Shown: positions 57,337 through 64,000 of the stretch, in pieces | How positions within the stretch are numbered: position 1 is the stretch's first letter | Layout: each line of letters opens with the position of its first letter | NCBI GenBank assembly: GCA_963717935.1 | Contig: CAVQXP010000004.1 | Coordinates: 256,001-320,000, forward strand | Direction of reading: 5' to 3' | Length of the DNA: 64,000 nucleotides | Source: Candidatus Eiseniibacteriota bacterium | Lineage (GTDB): Bacteria > Eisenbacteria > RBG-16-71-46 | Notes under the pieces: generated by a model | What the model saw: only the letters and a program-made list of their open reading frames with translations | Told to the model about the DNA's origin: nothing | Databases searched by the model: none | Position numbers and translations under genes: made by a program

Positions 57337-58560
57337 CTACTCGTACCGCAGCGCCTCGATCGGATCGAGCGACGCCGCCCGTCGCGCGGGCCAGACGCCG
57401 AAGAGGATGCCCACCGCGGCCGAGAACGCGAAGGCGAGCAGCACCGAGGACGGGCCCACCGCCGTGTTCCAGTGGAACACGGTGCGCAGCAGGATCGCCC
57501 CGCCCCCGCCCAGCGCGATCCCGACGATCCCGCCCAGCATGCAGAGCACGACCGCCTCGATCAGGAACTGGAGGAGGATGTTGACCTGCGTCGCCCCGAG
57601 CGCCTTGCGCACGCCGATCTCACGCGTCCGCTCGGTCACCGACACGAGCATGATGTTCATGATGCCGATGCCCCCCACCAGCAGGCTCACCGCGGCGATG
57701 CCGGCGAGCAGCAGCGAGAAGACCTGCGTCGTCTCGCCGAGCGTGTTGAGGAAGTCCGCCTGGCTGCGGATGTGGAAATCGTCCGGCTTCCCCGCCTGCA
57801 GGCGGTGTTCGCGGCGCAGGATCCTGGTGACCTCCGCCATCGCCAGCGTGACCTGGCCCTCGCTCGCGGCCAGGACGCTGATGCTCCGCAGGCGGTTGAC
57901 CCCCATGAGCCGGTAGCGCGCGGTCTGGATCGGCACCAGGACGCGGTCGTCCGGATTTCCGAAGCCGCCGCTCTGGCCCTTCGACTCGAGCACGCCGACC
58001 ACCTCGAACTGGATGGTCCCGATCCGGACGGACTCGCCGATGATCGCCTCCGGCGACGAGACGCCGAGGTCGGAGAGGACCTGCGAGCCGACCACGGCGT
58101 AGCGCCGCCGCGCGTCGTCGTCGGCTGCCATGAACATCCGCCCCGCGGCCAGCGCGTAGCGCCGGACCTCGAGATAGTTGGCCGTCGTGCCGACGATGTT
58201 GGTGTTGGTGTTGCGGTTCTCGTAGCGCACCTGGAGCTGCCGCGACATCTCGGGCTGGACCGCCGCCACGGCCGTGGCGCGCTGCTCGATGGCCTTCGCG
58301 TCTTCCAGCGTGAGCTCCGCCCGGTCGGCCGACGACGCGATGCGCCCCGGACCGAACGCCGCCCCGGCCTCCACGTCCACCAGCGTGGTGCCCAGCGCCG
58401 CGATGCGCGCCTGCACCGAGTCCCGCGCACCCTGTCCCAGCGCCACCATGGCGATCACCGCGGCGACCCCGATGACGATCCCCAGCATGGTGAGGAAGGA
58501 ACGCAGCTTGTTGGCGCCGAGCGCCTCGAGGGCGACGCGCAGGACCTCGCCGAACAGCAT
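57337..58560 (-). CDS. MacB/FtsX-like ABC permease
   Basis: NKLRSFLTMLGIVIG, GGIGIMNIMLVSVTERTREIG, PIEALRYE. Confidence 0.93.
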   Translation of the reverse strand: MLFGEVLRVALEALGANKLRSFLTMLGIVIGVAAVIAMVALGQGARDSVQARIAALGTTLVDVEAGAAFGPGRIASSADRAELTLEDAKAIEQRATAVAAVQPEMSRQLQVRYENRNTNTNIVGTTANYLEVRRYALAAGRMFMAADDDARRRYAVVGSQVLSDLGVSSPEAIIGESVRIGTIQFEVVGVLESKGQSGGFGNPDDRVLVPIQTARYRLMGVNRLRSISVLAASEGQVTLAMAEVTRILRREHRLQAGKPDDFHIRSQADFLNTLGETTQVFSLLLAGIAAVSLLVGGIGIMNIMLVSVTERTREIGVRKALGATQVNILLQFLIEAVVLCMLGGIVGIALGGGGAILLRTVFHWNTAVGPSSVLLAFAFSAAVGILFGVWPARRAASLDPIEALRYE

Positions 58561-58564
58561 GGCC

Positions 58565-60175
58565 TTACCTCCCCGCCCCGGTGCGGGACGCGCCGGAAGA
58601 ACTGGAGCTGCCGGTCCGGCTGCTGGACGAGCTGGAGCCGCCGGTGAGTCCGGCGCCGGCGCGCTCACGGATGCGGCTCGTCATCTGGTTCCGCTGCTGC
58701 TGGGCCTCGAAGACGCCCAGCATCACCACCTGGTCACCCTCCTCGAGTCCCCGCACGACCTCCGCGTAGTCGTAGTCGCTGAGGCCGGTCTGCACGACGC
58801 GGGCCGCCAGGCCGGTCGCGGTCTTCACGACCACGACCTTCATGCCGGAGCCGCTCGCGGCGCCCGTGCCGCTCCCCGCCCCGGAACCGCCGGCGCCTGC
58901 GGCAGGCGTGCCCGGCGCACCGCCCGCGCTCACGCCCGCTGCAGCCATGCGCTCGCGCATGCGGGCCAGTTGCTCGGGGTCCATGTCGCCGGAGGCCATG
59001 CGCGCGCGCATCCGGGCGACGCGCTCGGGCGTCATGCCCTCCCCGGCGGGGCCGGTCCCGCGGCTCCACGACCGGCGGGATGCCACGCTGTCGCCGGCGG
59101 CCCGTGCGGACCGGGGGCGAACGCTGTCCCCCTGCGCTCGCGATGCCGCAGCCGCGCCCGTGGCGCCGCCGCGCATCTGCGCGCGCAGCGAGTCCACGTC
59201 GATCCCCAACGCGGAGGCGAGCGGCGTGATCTCGCGCAGGCTCCGCAGCGCGTCGAGCGGCGCCGCCAGCACGTTGCGGCGCTGGTCCACGGTCATCGTG
59301 ACCTCGCCGTTCATGCCCGGCAGCAGCAGCCGCTCGTCGTTCGAGATCGAGATGAGCACCGGGAACATCGTCACCGACTGCTGCACCACCGCCTGGGGCT
59401 CGATCTTCTCGACCACGCCGTGGAAGGATCGCTGCGGATAGGCGTCCACCACCACGGCCACGTTCTGGCCCTCGTGGACCTTGCCGATGTCGGTCTCCAC
59501 GACCAGCGCCCGCATGCGGATGCGGCTGAGGTCGGCCATCTGCAGCAGCGTGGTGCCGCCCGTGACCGAGGAGGTCGCGGACGAGATCACCTGCCCGACC
59601 GAGACCGGCTTCTCGAGGACGGTCCCCGCGATCGGGGCGCGCACGGTCGCGTCCTCGAGCCGCTGCCGGGCCAGGTCGAGGTTGGTCCGGGCCGCCACCA
59701 GCGCGGACTTCGCGTTGGCCTCGTCGAGCGTCGAGGTCTCGTGTTCGGTGGCGGTGATGACCTGCGCCGCGAACAGCTCGTCGGCGCGCTGGCGCTGGTT
59801 GGCCGAGACCCGTGCGCGCGCCTCGGCGGCGACCAGGGCCGCCTGCGACTGGTCGAACGCGTTCTGCACGTCCCGCGGATCCACCTGGACCAGAAGGTCG
59901 CCGGGCTGCACCACCGAGCCGATCTCCACCGGCATGCGGACGATCTGTCCCGAGGCCTTCGACTTGACCTCCACGAGGTTGATCGGCTCCACCGTGCCCG
60001 TGGCCTCGACCGTGACGGCGATGTCGCGCCGCTCGACCGCCTCGGTGGTCACGGAGGCGCCCGCCGAGGATCGTTTCGGGAGGAACCTCACGATCACGAC
60101 CGCGGCGATCGCCACGGCGACGAGGACCAGTGCGACGATGCGTGCACGGCTTCCTGATGCCCACGGGCGATTCAC
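58565..60175 (-). CDS. MacA-like periplasmic adaptor subunit
   Basis: N-terminal TM, ATGTVEP..VEVKSKASG, APIAGTV, LLPGMN, GLEEGD; low-complexity insert and tail. Confidence 0.9.
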   Translation of the reverse strand: MNRPWASGSRARIVALVLVAVAIAAVVIVRFLPKRSSAGASVTTEAVERRDIAVTVEATGTVEPINLVEVKSKASGQIVRMPVEIGSVVQPGDLLVQVDPRDVQNAFDQSQAALVAAEARARVSANQRQRADELFAAQVITATEHETSTLDEANAKSALVAARTNLDLARQRLEDATVRAPIAGTVLEKPVSVGQVISSATSSVTGGTTLLQMADLSRIRMRALVVETDIGKVHEGQNVAVVVDAYPQRSFHGVVEKIEPQAVVQQSVTMFPVLISISNDERLLLPGMNGEVTMTVDQRRNVLAAPLDALRSLREITPLASALGIDVDSLRAQMRGGATGAAAASRAQGDSVRPRSARAAGDSVASRRSWSRGTGPAGEGMTPERVARMRARMASGDMDPEQLARMRERMAAAGVSAGGAPGTPAAGAGGSGAGSGTGAASGSGMKVVVVKTATGLAARVVQTGLSDYDYAEVVRGLEEGDQVVMLGVFEAQQQRNQMTSRIRERAGAGLTGGSSSSSSRTGSSSSSGASRTGAGR

Positions 60176-60230
60176 GTCGTTCCCCTTTCCTTCACGCCCG
60201 GCCTCGCGCCGGGCGGCTCCGTCGGTTCGA

Positions 60231-61571
60231 CTACAGGTCACGGCCCGCGAGGGCCTCGATCTGGGCGCGCGCGATGCGCTGGTCGTAGCGGGCGCGGATG
60301 AGGGCCGCCCGCGCGTCGTCGAGCTGGGTCTGAGAGGTCAGCAGGTCCAGCAGCGTGCTCTCCCCGATGGCATAGCGCTGCTGCTGGACGCGCAGATCCT
60401 CCTCCGCCGCGCCCACCGATTCGGCCTGCAACTGCACGCGTTCCCCGGCCGTCCGCAGCACGCCGAGATAGCGGGTCAGGCTCTCGCGCGCGGTGAGCCG
60501 GGCGTCGCGCAGCGCGGCCTCGGCGTTGTCCAGCGCGACGCCGCGCTGCACCACCTGCTGCTCGCGGGCGAACTGGTTGAACAACGGCAACGAGAGCGAG
60601 AAGCGCAACGTGCCGTTGTACGACAGGTCGTCCGCGCCGAACACCGGGTCGGTGCCGCTGCCGCTCCCGCCCCGGCTGTAGGAGGCGCTCACCGAGGGCA
60701 GGTAGGCGGTCCAGGCCGCCGCGCGCGCCGCCCGCGCGGCGTCCCGCTGCGCGATGGCCTGCCGCACGGCGGGGCCGTCGTCCACCAGCCGGGACAGCTC
60801 CCCCTCACCGAGGACCGCCGCGACCGCCGCGATGCCGTCGTCCGCCGCGGCCGTGATGCGGTCCGGCATGCCCACCGCGCGCGTCAGGGACGCCTCCGCC
60901 GAAGCGAGGTCGGCACCGGCCTGCGACAGCGCCAGCCGGGCGTTGCGCAGCGCGATCTCCGAGCGCAGGGAGTCGGACTTGGTCGCGCGCGCCGCGCGCA
61001 CCCGGAGCACGGCCGCCTTCAACTGCTGCTCCGCCTGCCCCTCCTGGGCCCGGGCCGCGGCCTGCGACTCGCGGGCCGCCAGCACGTTGAAGTACTGCTG
61101 CTTCACGTCGAGGTCCACCACGTAGCGGAGCGTGACCTCGCTCGCGCGGGCGGAGGCGAGCGTGGCGCGCGCCTGGCGCAGGTCGAAGAGACGCTGCCCG
61201 CCGGCGAACAGCTCCAGGCTCGTACCGAAGCTGCTGCTGTACGACCAGGGCGTGCTGGGCAGCGTGACCACGGTGCCGTTCTCGATGCGCGTCCGGCCCG
61301 CGTCCCCGCTGTACTGGCGGGTCGTCCCCGCCGAGACCGTGAGACCCGGCAGGAAGGCGCCCCAGGCCGCCCGGACGCCCGCCCGCCCGTTGCGGAGCTG
61401 CCCCGCCGCCTGGACGATCTCCGGGGCGTTCTGCCGGGCGAACGCCAGCGCCTCGTCGAGCGTGACCGCGCGCGGTGCGGCACCGTCCGGAGCGGACACG
61501 GACTGCGCAACCGCGGCGCGCGAGCCCGAGACCAGCGACGCGCACAGCAGGACCACCAGGAGCCGGGTCAT
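60231..61571 (-). CDS. TolC-family outer-membrane protein
   Basis: Signal peptide, TLDEAL..A, two repeats ending LELF/LSLPLF, RYAIG..TLLDLL. Confidence 0.9.
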   Translation of the reverse strand: MTRLLVVLLCASLVSGSRAAVAQSVSAPDGAAPRAVTLDEALAFARQNAPEIVQAAGQLRNGRAGVRAAWGAFLPGLTVSAGTTRQYSGDAGRTRIENGTVVTLPSTPWSYSSSFGTSLELFAGGQRLFDLRQARATLASARASEVTLRYVVDLDVKQQYFNVLAARESQAAARAQEGQAEQQLKAAVLRVRAARATKSDSLRSEIALRNARLALSQAGADLASAEASLTRAVGMPDRITAAADDGIAAVAAVLGEGELSRLVDDGPAVRQAIAQRDAARAARAAAWTAYLPSVSASYSRGGSGSGTDPVFGADDLSYNGTLRFSLSLPLFNQFAREQQVVQRGVALDNAEAALRDARLTARESLTRYLGVLRTAGERVQLQAESVGAAEEDLRVQQQRYAIGESTLLDLLTSQTQLDDARAALIRARYDQRIARAQIEALAGRDL

Positions 61572-62332
61572 GGCTGGACCTTTCGCGCCGCGTCCCCGGC
61601 CAGCAGGCGCCCGGTGGCTTCGTCGGACTCGATCCTGCCGTCTCTCAGCACGACGCGCCGGTGCGCGTGCCGGGCGATGTCCGCCTCGTGCGTCACGACC
61701 AGGATCGTCTGGCCCTCGGCGTGCAGCTCGTCGAACAGTGCCATCACTTCCTCCCCCGTCCGGGTATCGAGGTTGCCGGTCGGCTCGTCCGCCAGCAGGA
61801 GCGCGGGCTCGGTCACGAGCGCCCGCGCGATCGCGACCCGCTGGCGCTGGCCGCCCGAGAGCTCGTTCGGCCGGTGGTGCATGCGGTCCGCCAGTCCCAC
61901 ACGCCCGAGAGCTGCGGTCGCGCGCTGCCGCCGCTCGGCGGCGCGCACGCCCCCGTACACCAGCGGCAACTCGACGTTGCGCAGGGCGGTCGCCCGCGCC
62001 AGCAGGTTGAAGGTCTGGAACACGAACCCGATCTCGCGGTTGCGCGTGTGCGCGAGCTGCGCGTCGGTCATGTGCGAGACCCGCAGGCCGTGCAGCCAGT
62101 AGTCCCCGCGGCTCGGGGACTCCAGGCAGCCGAGGATGTTCATGAGCGTGGACTTCCCCGAGCCCGAGGGCCCCATGATGGCGACGTACTCGTTGCGCTC
62201 GACCGCGAGGCTGACCTCGCGCAGCGCGTGCACGGTCTCGCTGCCCATCGCGTAGTCGCGGCCCAGCCCTTCCACCCGCAGCACGGGGCCGGACGCCGCT
62301 CCCACCGCGCCCGGGACGCTCGGTCCGTTCAT
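61568..62332 (-). CDS. MacB/LolD-type ABC ATP-binding protein
   Basis: [39 protein letters not shown]. Confidence 0.93.
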   Translation of the reverse strand: MNGPSVPGAVGAASGPVLRVEGLGRDYAMGSETVHALREVSLAVERNEYVAIMGPSGSGKSTLMNILGCLESPSRGDYWLHGLRVSHMTDAQLAHTRNREIGFVFQTFNLLARATALRNVELPLVYGGVRAAERRQRATAALGRVGLADRMHHRPNELSGGQRQRVAIARALVTEPALLLADEPTGNLDTRTGEEVMALFDELHAEGQTILVVTHEADIARHAHRRVVLRDGRIESDEATGRLLAGDAARKVQP

Positions 62333-63069
62333 CAGTCGGCCACCCTCCGGTACGCGCGCTTGAACTCGCGGGCCGGCAGGTCCCCGGAGGACTCGATCTT
62401 CGTATGGATCACGAGCAGAGCCCCCTTGTCCTCGATGCTGATGGTCTCGGTCATCTTCCCCCCGGCCGGCCCCTCGCGCTCGACCATCAGTTTCTTCCCC
62501 GTCCACGCCCCACTCAGCACCTGCGCGCCCGGGGCGTGGGCCTGCTTGTCCTCGGCGCCCGCGAGCGTCGTGATCTCCTGCAGCACCTTCCCGGTAGAGT
62601 CCTCGAAGCTCACGATGGTTTCGGTCATCGTGACGTGCATCAGGTCCGGCAGACGCCCCGGCCGCTCCGCGCCGCCGGGACCGCCGCCGCGCGGTCCGCG
62701 ATCCGCGTCGCCGCCAGAGCCCCGGGGGGGCCGGCCTCCGCCACCCATACCACCGGGGCCGCCCATGCCACCAGGGCCGCCCATGCCACCAGGGCCGCCC
62801 ATGCCACCGGGACCACCCATGCCACCGCGCATCCCACGCCCTGTTGGGCCACCCTCGGGTCGCTGCATCGTGCCGCTGCGCTTCGGATCGAGTTGCCACG
62901 TTCCGGTCAGGTCCAGAGCCTGCTTCCCGCCGGCCGTCATGGTCACCGCGTGGACCGTGTCAGCGACGTCAGCCACGTCAGCCACGTCAGCCACGTCGGC
63001 CGCGCCGGCCGCGCCGGCGAGCGCGACGCTCGCGATCAGCGCGAGTCCGGTCACTCTGCGACGGATCAT
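62332..63069 (-). CDS. Exported Gly-rich hypothetical protein
   Basis: AGGAGG RBS, signal peptide, DLTGTWQLD, (GGMGGP)n, terminal RAYRR. Confidence 0.8.
   Translation of the reverse strand: MIRRRVTGLALIASVALAGAAGAADVADVADVADVADTVHAVTMTAGGKQALDLTGTWQLDPKRSGTMQRPEGGPTGRGMRGGMGGPGGMGGPGGMGGPGGMGGPGGMGGGGRPPRGSGGDADRGPRGGGPGGAERPGRLPDLMHVTMTETIVSFEDSTGKVLQEITTLAGAEDKQAHAPGAQVLSGAWTGKKLMVEREGPAGGKMTETISIEDKGALLVIHTKIESSGDLPAREFKRAYRRVAD
62741..62826. repeat. 18-bp coding tandem repeat (GGMGGP, about 5 copies)
   Basis: ccgcccatgccaccaggg units. Confidence 0.9.
62959..63000. repeat. 9-bp coding tandem repeat (ADV, 4-5 copies)
   Basis: gtcagccac units. Confidence 0.9.
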
Positions 63070-63149
63070 CCTGAGCCTCCTGGTTAAGGCGGGCGCGGAC
63101 CCTGGAGGGGATCACCGTTCCGCGCGTCACCCATAACGTACGCGGTCCG

Positions 63150-63166
63150 TGTGGCAGAGATGTGAC
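63150..63166 (-). promoter_or_regulatory. Putative OmpR-family box upstream of the exporter operon
   Basis: GTCACA-tctct-GCCACA on the minus strand, 11-bp period. Confidence 0.65.
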
Positions 63167-63270
63167 GACGAAGCGGCAAATTCGGGCGACCTGTCAGGGT
63201 TTCGTCCGCCCGGCCGGGCTCGTCCGGTGCGGCGCGCCACCGCACCCGAGCCACGAAGGACCACGGGCCT

Positions 63271-63287
63271 GCCACAACTCTGCCACA
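63271..63287 (+). promoter_or_regulatory. Putative OmpR-family box upstream of the response regulator
   Basis: GCCACA-actct-GCCACA; 15/17 identical to the minus-strand box. Confidence 0.65.
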
Positions 63288-63352
63288 TCGGTCGGATAAG
63301 GTAGAGTCGTGATGCGGGGCGTGCCCCCTGGTCGTGGACCCTGGAGCCTCAC

Positions 63353-64000
<648 letters not shown>

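Overview
A very GC-rich bacterial chromosome segment with about 55 CDS. I found no rRNA, tRNA, CRISPR array, integrase or transposase. Two secreted proteins, one ending in 'TTWGKLKSLYR' and one in a FlgD-type Ig domain, suggest an Eisenbacteria/Latescibacteria-like lineage (inference). At least seven otherwise intact genes carry 1-nt indels, most likely long-read consensus errors. The best candidate for an undescribed system is a minus-strand catabolic operon at 2.6-14.5 kb. It encodes a DMT transporter, a GNAT-like protein, a thiolase-fold protein lacking the nucleophilic Cys with its DUF35 Zn-ribbon/OB partner, a xanthine-dehydrogenase-family molybdoenzyme, FdrA/DUF1116/DUF2877 (AllFGH-like) and a cyclase-family amidohydrolase. 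Other highlights: (1) two small inserts flanked by direct repeats of 55 bp and 16 bp, one holding degenerate integron attC sites; (2) an ~86-bp tandem repeat array with competing hairpins upstream of pepT; (3) a TatT/TatP TRAP (TPAT) system; (4) a dispersed glcD/E/F set; (5) a signal-peptide Bcp-MsrB fusion; (6) an active/dead alpha/beta-hydrolase pair; (7) a CTG-N10-CAG operator in front of a DUF6504-like gene; (8) a MacAB-TolC-like exporter divergent from an OmpR-family regulator, with matching boxes at both promoters. Family assignments come from motif recognition, not database searches.
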